Assembly (NCBI RefSeq): GCF_006345805.1
Contig: NC_043023.1
Location: forward strand, 124,001-188,000
Source: Octopus sinensis
Taxonomy: Eukaryota
Direction: 5' to 3'
DNA length: 64,000 nucleotides
The position numbers and the translations under genes are program-made. This document shows positions 24,230 to 37,169 of the stretch, in pieces (position 1 is the stretch's first letter; each line of letters opens with the position of its first letter). The notes beneath the pieces are model-generated. The model made no database searches and was not told the DNA's origin. It saw only the letters and a list, made by a program, of their open reading frames with translations.

Positions 24230-24657
24230 TTTATTCTTTTACTTGTTTCACTCATTTGACTGTGGTCATGCTGAAACACCACCTTTAGTCGAGCAAATCA
24301 ACCCCAGGACTTACTTTTTATAAGCCTAGTACTTATTCTATCGGTTTCTTTTGCCAAACTGCTAGGTTACAGGGACGTAAATGCACCAACATCAGTTGTC
24401 AAGTCATGTTGGGTGTACAAACACAGACACACACACGTATAATATCGAGGTCTTTCATTCTTTTGTTGTCTTGCTATTTCTATCAATATATATGTGTGTG
24501 TGTGTGTATATATATATATATGTATATATATGTTTCAGTTTCTGTCTACCAAATCCACTCACAAGGCTTTGTAGAAGATACTTGTGCCATACAGTGGGAC
24601 TGAACCCAGAACCATGTTTGGTAACCAAGCTACTTACCACACTGCCACTCCTGCACC
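24230..24657 (-). mobile_element. SINE family A, full length
   Basis: Tail, body, internal microsatellite and head all present. Confidence 0.9.
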
Positions 24658-25042
24658 TATATATATTCATAGATATTTTAATGTATCAAAGAAATGAATG
24701 TATGAACAAAGACTCACCTGGTGTCCATAGATATGAACTGTAATCATCCCAGGAATATGGACTATGGTCATAAAAAATGTGATTTATGGAAATACACGCA
24801 GTAATATATTGAAGTATCTGTGAATTCCATCCATGGATTATTGTCATTACTATATCTATCCTACATTATATTGCCGCAGCTCAGTGCAATCCCATAAAAC
24901 TGTTGTTGTAGGATGGAATCAGTAGGCTGTAGCCAACATAACATTGAAGCTTTTATATGCATACTCTAAAACATTTCCTGTAAATGAACTTAAAGAATAT
25001 ATATATATACATACATACATACATATATATATACATATATAT

Positions 25043-25121
<79 letters not shown>

Positions 25122-25143
25122 TATATATGTATGTATGCATATG

Positions 25144-25179
<36 letters not shown>

Positions 25180-26650
25180 ATCATCATCATCGTCGTCGTC
25201 ATTTAACGTCCGCTTTCCATGCTAGCATGGGTTTGACGGTTTGACTGTGGGCTGGTGAACCAGATGGCTGCACCAGGCTCCAGTCTTGATCTGGCATAGT
25301 TTCTACAGCTGGATGCCCTTCCTAACGCCAACCACTCCGAGAGTGTAGTGGGTGCTTTTACATGCCACCGGCACGGGAGCCAGTCAGGCGGTACTGGCTA
25401 TGACCTCGCTCGAATTTTTTACACATGCCAACGGCACAGATGGCAGTAAGGTGATACTGGTAACAATCCTGCTCGAATGGTGCCTCCTACATGCCACTGG
25501 CACGGAAGCCAGTTAGTCGTTCTGGCAACGATCATGCTCGGATGGTGCTCTTAGCACACTACTAGCACGGGGCACAAGTGCCAGTAAGGCGAAGCTGGCA
25601 ACGATCACACTCGAATGGTGCCTATTATGTGCCTCTGGCACAGAAGCTGGTTAGCCGCTCTGTCAATGATCACGCTCATATGGTGCTCATGCCCGTCATC
25701 GAATTTCACTTTGATTTTGATTTCGATTTCACTTGCCTCAACAGGTCTTCACAAGCAGAGTTTTAGTGTCCAAAGAAGGAAAAGGTATGCATAAGTGGGC
25801 TGGTTACGCCCCTGGCATAGGCAACGAGATTATGGTCTCATTTGGCTTGCCGGGTCTTCTCATGCACGGCGTATTTCCAAAAGTCTTGGTAACTAGTCAT
25901 TTCCTTGTTGAAGCCTAAATTTGGAAGGTCGTGCTTCACCACTTCATCCCAGGTCTTCCTGGGTCTACCTCTTCCACAGGTTCCCTCAACCGCTAGGGTG
26001 TGACACTTTTTCACACAGCTATCCTCATCCATTCTCGCCACATGACTATACCAGCGCAGTCGTTTCTCTTGCACACCACATCTGATGCTTCTTAGGTACT
26101 TACACTCTGTCGAGTATGCACACTGACATTACACATCCATCAGATCATACTGGCTTCATTCCTTGTGAACTTACGCATGTCCTCTGCAGTCACAGCCCAT
26201 GTTTCACTGCCATGTAGCATGGCTGTTCGTACACATGTGTCATACAGTCTACCTTTTACTCTGAGCAAGAGGCCCTTTGTCACCAGCAGGGGTAAGAGCT
26301 CTCTGAACTTTGCCCAAGCTATTCTTATTCTAGCAGCTACACTTTCAGAGCATCCTCTCCCGCTACTGACTTGGTCACCTAGGTAACGGAAGCTATCAAC
26401 TACTTCTAGTTTTTCTCCTTGGAATGTGGCAGAAGTTGTTCTCTGCGTATTGTCAGTGTTTATTGCTCCTGAGCATCTGCCACATACAAAAGCTTTCTTC
26501 CCAGTTAGCCTTCCTTTGATATTACTGCATCTCTTATGTATCCATAGCTTACACTGGGTTTGCCTGCCTTGCTACTTATTAGGACTTTGGTTTTAGCTAC
26601 GTTGACTCTAAGGCCCTTTGATTCTAATCCTTGTTTCCACACTTGAAACT
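25180..26650 (-). mobile_element. RTE LINE 3' portion, same family as 22150-24005
   Basis: ORFs 25838..26074 and 26505..26726; 3'UTR with about 5 repeat units; (GAT/GAC)n tail. Confidence 0.92.
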
Positions 26651-26799
26651 TCTCTAGTTCTGATAGTGATATATATATATATACATGTGTGTGTGTGTTA
26701 AGAGATAGATATATACACACACACATATAAATGCATGTACTCTTTGTTTTTTACTTTTACTTGTTTCGGTCATTTGGTTGTGGCCATACTGCAGCACCA

Positions 26800-28760
26800 T
26801 CTTTTGCACTCTCTGTCACTACATCATCCACTACTGCAAACAACAATGGTGACAACAGAGATCCCTGATGCACACCAACTTTCACCACAAACTCCTCCAA
26901 CAGCTCTGATCCAATTCTCACTCTTGTTTTTACCCCCTCATGCAAACTCATCATTGCTCACACTATTACCTCTAGTACACCTCTCTTCCTCAATGTCCAC
27001 TCAACCACCTTCCTTGGAACCCTATCAAATGCCTTCTCCAGATCAACAAAGCACATGTACAATTCCTTCTCCTTATCTCAGTATTTCTCTTGCAATCTCC
27101 TTACAATGAACACTGCATCTATTGTCCCCCTTCCTGGCATAAAACCAAATTGCATCTCGTCCACATCCATCCCTTTCTGAATTCTCCTCTCCGATACCCT
27201 TTCCACTATCTTCTTTGCATGCTCCAATAACTTCACTCCCTTATGCACCCCATGACTCATTGCATTCCCCTTCCCCTTGAAGATCAGTACCACCATACTT
27301 AGTGCCCAGTCATCTTCCGTCCAACAAGCTCTGGCAGAGCTCCATCATCACAACAGTCCCAATCTCCCCACTTGCAATTATCTTTTCCACACTTATTTCT
27401 GATGGACCAACTACCTTTCCTGTTTTCATTTCCTTCATTTCCTCCACTACTTCTTCCCGACTAACCCTCTCCACTGGCCTCTTCACCACAGCAACTTCCA
27501 CCCTCTGATCCCATTCATTCTCCTCATTCATAATACCCTCCATATGCTCCTACCAAAGTTTTCCCTTGTCCTTCTCACTAAAATTCAACCGTCCATCACT
27601 CCCCCTCATGCATCTTCCTCCCTCAACATCTCTTCCATAATTTTTCATTGATTTAATAAACCTAAACATTCTATCTGGGTTCTCATCCAGCCCACTCAAC
27701 CTCTCCTCAGTGTCCTTCCTCATAGATCTCACAACCACCCTCTTTGCACGATTCTTCATGTTATTATACCTGGCTTTCATTTGCTCAGTCCTATTATTAC
27801 ATAAAGCTCTCTGTGCCTCTTTCTCACATCCTCACTATCACATCCCTCACCTCCTCGTTCCACCACCACATATCTCCTCGATCTCTCCAACCCTTCACCC
27901 TTCCACACACTTCGTCACATGCCTTTAATACCCCTTCTTTAAAAGACTTCCACAAATCCAGTGCATCAATGCTTATCAACTCCCCAACTCTCTCCTCAAA
28001 CCTTGCTCTTGTTTCTTCTTCCTTCAGTTTCCACACCTTTCTCCCCTCAACTGTTCCCTTTCTCACACACTTTTGTGCTGCAACTCCCCTTGTACTGTCT
28101 TCACATTTCTCAAATATTTTTTGTTTTTCCTGCCAACCAACAGGAAATCAATCTCTGTCTCATTCCCTCCTGCACTGAAAATCACCTTCCTTTTCTCTGT
28201 TTTCCTAAACCACATATTCACCACACATAACTCTTTCTCATCACAAAACACCAACAGCATCCTTCCTTCCACATTTCTCTCCCCAATTCCACCCCACTCC
28301 CATGCACACCCTCAAAGCCCTCGATCTATTTCCCAATGTCTCCATTAAAATTACCCATGCCCAATACCAATTCATCCACTTTATTGCAGTCCCACTCATT
28401 TGCCATTTCGTCAAAAAACTGCTCTTTCTCAGCGATCCTTCTTCCCCCTTTGCAGACCATACTCACAAATCACCCTCACCACTTCTTCCTCAGATGCTAA
28501 CACAGCTGGATGCCCTCTGTCACTCTTTCTCCAGACCTCCATCACCTTCTCACAGATTTCTTCCTTCACCAAAACTCCCACACCTCCAATCCCCTTGCTA
28601 TCCCCCCGCCCGACCACCACAACTTGTACCTTCTTCCTTTGACCACCACAAACCTTGTACCCTGGCCCCTCCTCCTAATCTCCTGCACACAGCACACATC
28701 CACCCTCCTGTTCCTCAATTCCTCACACACCTCAATTCCCCTTCCACACAGACTGCCCAC
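26800..28760 (-). mobile_element. RTE LINE of a second, more diverged subfamily (endonuclease C-terminus to RT), frameshifted
   Basis: GGVGVLVKEE, NMWFRK, EIDFLLV, GELQHK, MQFGFMPGRGTIDAVF, GVHQGSLLSPLLF spread across several minus ORFs. Confidence 0.9.
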
Positions 28761-28799
28761 ATTCCAACTTCCCAGCCTCACCCCATATATATACATATA

Positions 28800-29572
28800 T
28801 ATATCATCATCATCATCGTTTAACGTCCGTTTTCCATGCTTGCATGGTTGGATGGTTTGACCGGGGTCTAGGAAGCCTGGAGGCTGCACCAGGCTCCAGT
28901 CTGATCTGCCAGTGTTTCTACAGCTGGATGCCCTTTCTAATGCCAACCACTCTGTGAGTGTACTGGGTGCTTTTTACGTGCCACCAGCACAGTGGCCAGT
29001 GGAGGCTGGCAAACGGACGTGATTGGTTGGTGCTTTTTACGTGTCACCGACACAGACGCCAGTCAGGCGGCACTGGCATCAGCTATGTTCGAATGGTGCT
29101 TTTTTCATGTCACCAGCATGGGTGTCTTAACTACAATTTCCATTTTATTTTCATTTTGATGTTGGTGTTGACGTACTTGACTCAATAGATCTCCTCATGC
29201 ACAGCAGGTCACTCTACGATCCAAGGTTAGCACAGCAGGCCGTCCTGTGAGCCATGAACTCACTTCATTTGTTGGGTCTTCACAGTCACAGCATATCTCA
29301 GAGGTTTCAGTCTTTTGTCATAGCCTCTGTGAGGTCATGCTTGACCACCTCCTCCCATGTCTACCTGGGTCTCCCTCTACCCCGGATTCCTTCAACTATT
29401 TGGGAGTGGCACTTCTTCACACATCTCTCCTCATCCATCCGTAGTACATGACCATACCAACGCAAACATCTCTCCTGCATGCTGCATCCAATGCTTCTTA
29501 TGTCCAACAATTCTCTCAGGGAACTTACACTCTGTCGTGCATGGACACTGTCATTACACATCCAACGGATCA
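28800..29572 (-). mobile_element. RTE LINE 3' fragment
   Basis: MIRWMC..LRWYGHVLRM..GRGRPR, then 3'UTR and (GAT)n tail. Confidence 0.9.
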
Positions 29573-29589
29573 TATATATATTTATTTAT

Positions 29590-29810
29590 GTATGTATGTA
29601 TTTGTGTGTGTGTGTGTGTGTGTTTGTCCCCCCACCACCAATTGACAGCCAGTGTTCCCACAACATAGCAGTTCAGCAGAAGAGACCGGCATAATAAGGA
29701 CTAGGCTTTAAAAGAAAATGGATACTGGGGTTGATTCATTCAACTAAAAATTCTTCGAAGTGCTACCCCAGCATGGTCGCAGTCTTATGACTGACACAAG
29801 TAAAAGAAAA
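29590..29810 (+). mobile_element. SINE family A, 3' half
   Basis: gtttgtcccc...cagcatggtcgcagtcttatgactgacacaagtaaaag. Confidence 0.75.
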
Positions 29811-29901
29811 GATAGACATGTACACTAGTAAATACTACTGAGTAATTAAGTCATACTAGCAATGTCACTTGTTTCCAATCATCTTTGGTGAAAATGTTCA
29901 C

Positions 29902-30057
29902 AGTGGCTGTGTGGTAAGTAGCTTCGTTACCAACCCACATGGTTCCGGGTTCAGTCCCACTGCATTAGCACCTTGGATAAGTGTCTTCTACTATAGATTC
30001 AAACCGACCAAAGCCTTGTGAGTGGATTTGGTAGACGGAAACTGAAAGAAGCCCGTC

Positions 30058-30109
<52 letters not shown>

Positions 30110-30325
30110 ATATATGTTTGTGTGTCTGTGTTTGTCCCCCTAGCATTGATTAACAACCAATGCTGGTGTGTTTACGTCCCTGTCACTTAGCGGTTTGGCA
30201 AAAGAGACCGATAGAATAAGTACTAGGCTTCCAAAGAATAAGTCCTGGGGTCAATTGATTCGACTAAAGGTGGTGCTCCAGCATGGCTGCAGTCAAATGA
30301 CTGAAACAAGTAAAACAGTAAAGGA
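29902..30325 (+). mobile_element. SINE family A, full length
   Basis: A box TGGCTGTGTGG, B box GGTTCAGTCCC, internal (TA)(TG) tract, shared tail. Confidence 0.92.
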
Positions 30326-30453
30326 ATAAAAGAACAAGGTGATATATTACTTCACTGGGAACAAGTGAGGGTTGGTAAGAGGGAGGGTGAAAGAAAATCC
30401 CTGGCCCATGGAAAAGTGAATGTTAAAATAATGATGATGATGATTATATATGC

Positions 30454-30487
<34 letters not shown>

Positions 30488-30589
30488 GTGCGTGCATCTG
30501 TGTGAGTGTATGCATGTGTTTGTGTGTGTGTGTGTATGTATATGTATGTATGTGTGTTTGTGTTTGTGTTTGCCTGTGTATGTATGAGG

Positions 30590-31470
30590 AGGCATATGGC
30601 TTAGTGATCAAGGGTATTTGGCTCACAGTCATAAGGTTGTGAGTTCAATTCCCAGTGGTACCTTTTGTCCTTAAGCAAGACATTTTATTTTTTGTTGCTC
30701 CAGCTGGAAATCTGAGTTGTACCTGAAATTCAAAGCACTAGTGTTGTTATTGGGTTGTCTGGAAAGTTTGTGCCGATTTATAGTAGCTTACCTTTCGACT
30801 TATTTTAGAACATGGTTGAGTCCATAAAATAGGATTTGACTACACCTCCATTTAGAAAACAGTTTAAGCTATCTTTTCGTGGAAGAAGGTTTATGTTCTT
30901 ATGAACATAAATCTTCTTCCACGAAAACCTGTGTTAATTCTGTAACCCTTTAAAATGGAAGATAACAAAGTTCATTTTCGGCACTTGATGCTTTGGGAAC
31001 CAAACAAAAATTGCTGCAGCTCGGCTGGGATGTGTTACCCCACCCTCTATATTCACCAGATATTGCTCCTTCAGATTTCCACTTATTCAAGTCTCTACAG
31101 AATAGTCTTAATGGTAAAAATTTCAATTCCTTGGATGACATAAAAAGATACCTTGATGAATTCTTTGCCATGAAACCACCTCAATTCTGGGAAGAGGGTA
31201 TTTTCAAGTTAAAGGAAAGATGGAGACGCACTGTGCAACAAAATGTTTCATATTTGGTGTATTAAAAATGTAATGGCAAGTATTTATTGACCGTTTTCTT
31301 TCCTTTAAAAATCGGCATGAACTTTCCGGACAACCCAATACATTCTGTGTCATGCTGAAACTCTTTCAGAACTACGTTGAGGATATACATATCAGTCACT
31401 TGCATATTAATTTCATGAGCAGACTATTCTATTGATTATATCAACTGGAACCCTTGTTGTAACTAATGGA
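30590..31470 (+). mobile_element. SINE family D interrupted by a mariner element
   Basis: The 5' part (30590-30749) and 3' part (31339-31470) together reconstruct the 6332-6632 copy. Confidence 0.75.
30750..31338 (+). mobile_element. mariner internal-deletion derivative (mellifera-like), 589 bp
   Basis: TA TSD on both sides; about 30-bp TIRs TTGGGTTGTCTGGAAAGTTTGTGCCGATTT / AAATCGGCATGAACTTTCCGGACAACCCAA; N-terminus MEDNKVHFRHLMLWE fused to C-terminus ..LPHPLYSPDIAPSDFHLF.. Confidence 0.92.
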
Positions 31471-31699
31471 GTGCTAGTTATGTATGGAATGGTATCAAAA
31501 AGCTCCCAGACTAGCCCTATAGTGTGCCAACAGATGGCAACACATGATTGCATGTGCAGTGAGAGCAAGCAGTAACCCCCATGAGACAGTGTGCCCAGTG
31601 ATATCACTGTGTTTATTTCACAAGTTGTGAAATTTGTGTTTTTGTTATGACATGAATGCTGTAGTCTGCAATTTTGTATGTGTATGTGTGTAGTTATAT

Positions 31700-33225
31700 T
31701 CTTTTACTCTTTTACTTGTTTCAGCCATGCAGCTGTGGCCATGCTGGAACTCTTTTACTTATTTCGGTCATATGACTGCAACCATGCTGGAGCACTACCA
31801 GACAGGGTTTTTTAGTTGAAGAATCAAACCCAGGACTTATTTTTTGTAAGCCCAGTACTTTTCTATGCGTATGCATGTGTTTGTGTGTGTGTGTATGTGT
31901 GTATATATATATATGCATGCATGTGTGTATGTATGTGTGTATATGTATTTGTGCATGTGTGTATGTATGTGTGTGTATGTGTGTATATGTATGTGCATGC
32001 ATGTGTGTGTGTGTGTGTTTGTGTGTGTGCATGAACGTATGTGAATATCGTCTTCGTCTAAATATCTCATTTTTTCTTGCTTCAGTCATTGAAATGTGGC
32101 CATGCTGGAGCAGTGCCTTGAAGGGTTTCAGTCAAACAAATTGACCCTGGTACTTGAGTCTGGTACTTCTATAGGTTTCTTTTGCCAAACTGCAATGTCA
32201 AGGGGATGTAAACAAACTATCACTGGTCGAGGAGAAAATCACATACAGCAATGGTTGACGAGACCATTGGCGCAGGAGTGGCTGTGTGGTAAGTAGCTTG
32301 TCTACCAACCACATGGTTCCGGGTTCAGTCCCACTGCGTGGCACCTTGGGCGAAGTGTCTTCTACTATAGCCTTGGGCCGACCAAAGCCTTGTGAGTGGA
32401 TTTGGTAGACGGAAACTGAAAGAAGCCCGTCGTATATATGTATATATATGTGTGTGTGTGTGTGTATGTGTTTGTGTGTCTGTGTTTGTCCCCCTAGCAT
32501 TGCTTGACAACTGATGCTAGTGTGTTTACGTCCCCGTTACTTAGCGGTTCAGCAAAAGAGACCGATAGAATAAGTACTGGGCTTACAAAAGAATAAGTCC
32601 TGGGGTCTAGTTGCTCGAGTAAAGGCGGTGCTCCAGCATGGCCGCAGTCAAATGACTGAAACAAGTAAAAGAGTAAAGAGTAAAGAGAGAGAGCGAAACA
32701 CACACACACACATTTGTAAGTATATGTTTTATCTTTAAATTATTTTTTATCCCTAGACTGTGGTCATATTAGGGGACACCCAGTACCTTCTTTTTTTCAG
32801 TCTGGCACTTATTCTATCAGACTCTTTTGCAGAACTGCTAAGTAATAGGGACATAAACACACCAACACCAGTTATCAAACGGTGGTGAGGAACAAGTACA
32901 GACACAAAGACACACACACATACATACACACACATATACACATATTTATATTTTTTTACTCTTTTACTTGTTTCAGCCATGCAGCTGTGGCCATGCTGGA
33001 ACTCTTTTACTTATTTCAATCATTTGACTGCAACCATGCTGGAGCACCACTAGAAAGGGTTTTTTAGTTGAAGAATCAACCCCAGGACTTATTCTTTGTA
33101 AGCCTTGTACTTTTCTATTGGTCTCTTTTGTCGAACCACTAAGTCACAGGGACATAAATACACCAACATCAGTTGTCAAGCAATGGTGGGACAACAGACA
33201 CAGACACACAAATATATACATATAC
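31700..33225. mobile_element. SINE family A cluster: minus fragments at 31700-31865, 32075-32230 and 32735-33225; full plus copy at 32269-32682
   Basis: Repeated tails ttttacttgtttcag.catgc/ttgactgc; intact head at 32269. Confidence 0.85.
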
Positions 33226-33485
33226 GAGGGGGAAAGTGTTTTAGGAATATTCAGCCAGTTGTATACTAATTCATGGAAGCTGGGGATTTCAGTTGATCAA
33301 ACAAATGATTGCACATCATTGAAACTAATGGAAATCTGTTTACACTCTCACAAACATAACTAGTTACATACACAGATGTGTATATACTCTTATACATAAC
33401 TAGACACATTTACATATTCATATACATATGTATATGTATGTGTATACATACACACACACTCACATAGACGTGATACATACAAACA

Positions 33486-33533
<48 letters not shown>

Positions 33534-33860
33534 TATATGTATGTATATATATACTTGTATACACACAATATATATATAGTTACACACACACACGCATACA
33601 CATATATATATGTGTGTGTGCGTCTGTTAGAATGTTTGCATGTATGTATATGTGGATACAAAATATCTATATATGTGTATGTATTTGTATGATTTTGTTT
33701 TGAGCATGTGTGTGTCTGTGTATATGTATTTGCATACTTGTTATATATGTGTGTGTATATATATGCATGCATTGACTTTTAGGTCAATATAATGCATGTA
33801 TACATACATATATATATATGTATATATATATGTATGTATATATATATGTATGTATATATT

Positions 33861-33931
<71 letters not shown>

Positions 33932-33985
33932 TGAAAATATATATATACATACATATATGGATAGATAAATAGATAGATACACACA

Positions 33986-34017
<32 letters not shown>

Positions 34018-34029
34018 CCCACATGCAAC

Positions 34030-34065
<36 letters not shown>

Positions 34066-35164
34066 CATATGTATATATTTAGAAAGACAGAAAGAGAGAA
34101 AATGAGAACGAGAGACACTGATGAAAATGAATACAATTAGCCAGACAGACACACAGACAGCCTGATATGCAAACTGACTGACCATTCTGTCTGTCTCTAA
34201 GACAGATAATTGGCCAGTTGATGTATGGCTGAGCAGGCATCACTCAATCAAAGGTACACACAGACAATCAGCTGACTGACCGACCACACTGATCAGCCAA
34301 TCAGGAAACAGCCAGAAATACAGCTATCGAACGGAGGGATGACCAGACACATCTACACTAAGACACACAGACATAGAGACTTACATTCACACTCTCTTTC
34401 ACATACACATAAACACATGCATATGCACATACACATAAACAAATACACACGTCTAAACATATATGTGTATGTACACTAATGATAGACATGCAGACACACA
34501 TACACACATGCATACATACACTTACATGCACACAGACATACATTGACATATACCATTGTTGGGTAATGGTCCAAAGGAAAAGTACTCAATATACAAATAT
34601 AAAGCACGACTAACGACAAAATTAAGCACGACTAACTATAAAATGGAAAATAATGCTTATTTTTTATACTTTCATTTTATTTTATATTTCAAAATTTTTC
34701 TCCCACTATTTTTAATTGCAGATCCTCATTATGACACCACAAACACTTAAAAATTATATTTCCAATCATGTGAACCACCTCCAATATTATTTTAGCAAGT
34801 TTAAAGTGATTTCTTTTGTGCTGTAGACCATTTACCATTTCTGTGGTGCCACCCTTCCATTATTGCTCCAAGCACGTACTTATTTTACTTAATGGTTAAT
34901 CCACTGTGGTTATGGAATAAAAAGTTAGCATACAATCTGCAATATTCAGTATCAGGGGTAGGAGCATAAAAACTGTGAGTGGATATACATGTGTCATGTA
35001 GAGAGAACTCTATACTGATGTTAGTCTTAAATATGTATATATGTATATGACTGTGTAGTTAACCCCATCATGCGACACCTTAGACAAGTGTATTCTATTA
35101 CAGCACCAGGTCGACCAAAAATGGGTGGAAAATCATTGCATATATATGTGTATGGGTGTGTGTG

Positions 35165-35195
<31 letters not shown>

Positions 35196-35756
35196 CGGGT
35201 GGTTGATTTCTATAGTTATTATCAGTGTATTTTGGCAATTTAAATAAGAGTTTTGACTGTTATTTCCAGCAGATAGACATACTTAATGCATCCTTTGGTT
35301 AATTTTAATCCTTCAACTATTTTGGGGGCCTACAGTTGCTTATATTATTGATTCTGTTATTATCATTTTTAAATTGTTACACTAGATAATAATAGAGTCA
35401 ATAATATCATCACAAATTATTTTTCTTGTGAATTATTTGCTCTGTATTGAAATTATTTTCACACTGGTGGCTGCCACAGTTCAGCACAAACTGAATCTGT
35501 TGCAGTGCAGATTTCAGCATGACAGGTTGGGGCTCTCTATCATGGTAACACGTGCTGAGGAAGGTGAGGCTATTATGCCAGTCTAGAAACCAGTCTATGT
35601 GAGTCCAAATATTTGAATGTATGCTGGAAAATTGTCTTAGCTCATTTGCCTTTGGATGGTTGATTTCTACAGTTATTATCAGTGTATTTTGGCAATTTAA
35701 ATAAGAGTTTTGACTGTTATTTCCAGCAGGTAGACATATGTCAAGGTATGTCCTTT

Positions 35757-36750
35757 ACTCTTTACTCTTACTCTTTTACTTGTTTCAGTCATGCTGGAGC
35801 ACCACCTTTAATCGAGCAACTCGACCCCGGGACTTATTCTTTTGTAAGCACAGTACTTATTCTATCAGTCTCTTTTGCCGAACCGCTAAGTGACGGGGAC
35901 ATAAACACACCAGTATCGGTTGTCAAGTAATGCTAGGGGGACAAACACAGATACACAAACACACACACCCATATATATGTACATATATACGACGGGCTTC
36001 TTTCAGTTTCCGTCTACCAAATTCACTCACAAGGCTTTGGTCGGCCCGAGGCTATAGTAGAAGACACTTGCCCAAGGTGCCACACAGTGGGACTGAACCC
36101 GGAACCATGTAATTGGTAAGCAAGCTACTTACCACACAGCCACTCCTAGTGGGACTGAACCTGGAACCATGTGGTTGGTAAACAAGCTACTTACCACACA
36201 GCCACTCCTGCGCCTATTCTCTTTTACTTGTTTCAGTCATTTGACTGCGGCCATGCTGGAGCACCGCCTTTTTTTAGTCGAGCAAATCGACCCCGGGACT
36301 TATTCTTTGTAAGCCCAGTACTTATTCTATCGGTCTCTTTTGCCGAACCGCTAAGTGACGGGGACGTAAACACACCAGCATCGGTTGTCAAGCAATGCTA
36401 GGGGGACAAACACAGACACACAAACACACACACACATACATATATATATATACATATATACGACAGGCTTCTTTCAGTTTCCGTCTACCAAATCCACTCA
36501 CAAGGCATTGGTCGGCCCGGGGCTATAGCAGAAGACACTTGCCCAAGATGCCACGCAATGGGACTGAACCCGGAACCATGTGGTTGGTTAGCAAGCTACT
36601 TACCACACAGCCACTCCTGCGCCTATATTTGATTAATTTTATATATACATATATATTTTTATTCCTTTACTTGTTTCTGTCACTTGACTGTAGTCATGCT
36701 GGAGTACCATCTTAAAGGGTTTTTTTTTTTTAGTGAAAGAAATTAACTCC
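35757..36750 (-). mobile_element. Tandem SINE family A array: two full copies (35757-36213, 36218-36623) plus a tail fragment
   Basis: Head-to-tail near-identical copies; the first has a duplicated 62-bp head. Confidence 0.92.
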
Positions 36751-36967
36751 AGGATTATATAGACTATATAGTCTATTGCTCTGAGTTCATATTGTGCCAA
36801 GGTCAACTGACTGAATGAGAAAATTACAGTGGATTCAGCAGAGAAAGAAGTACCATAGATGTAAGGCTTTCTAGAAAGAACAGCCAACACAAATATGTAG
36901 CAAACATTTAGGGGCCCTGCGTCATGTTCAGTTGCTTTGCTTTAGTTTCTGACATTGTTTCATTATC

Positions 36968-37160
36968 AAGGAGGTGAGCTGGCATCTCTTAGTGGCATCT
37001 CTTCAGGCTTTACATTCAGAGTTCAAATTTCGCCAAGGTTGACTTTGCCTTTCATCCTTCTGGGTCGACATAATTAGTGCCATTTCAACACTGTGGCCAA
37101 TGTAACTGACTTTCCCCCTCCCTCAAAGAATTCAAACCTTGTGCTTATAATAGAAATTAT
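36968..37160 (+). mobile_element. SINE family B
   Basis: aaggaggtgagctggc...gagttcaaatttcgccaaggttgactttgcc...attatcattatt. Confidence 0.8.
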
Positions 37161-37169
37161 CATTATTGA

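Noticed and set aside
24718-24860. Possible minus-strand exon ending CCAG|GTGAGT (..SPYSWDDYSSYLWTP)
   Set aside because: The donor is good but there is no polypyrimidine acceptor and the peptide has no S1 protease or other recognisable motif; the DTSIYYC in another frame is closed by a stop.
25350-25690. CRISPR-like repeat-spacer array
   Set aside because: The variable parts are homologous to each other (diverged tandem units) rather than unrelated spacers; kept as a structured-UTR finding instead.
29902-29975. tRNA genes at SINE heads (families A-D)
   Set aside because: A and B boxes are present, but each head continues into a SINE body and lacks a proper acceptor stem and terminator.
31500-31600. 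Minus-strand VTACSHC as the protease His-motif exon
   Set aside because: No upstream CGG motif, a nearby stop, and no suitable splice sites.
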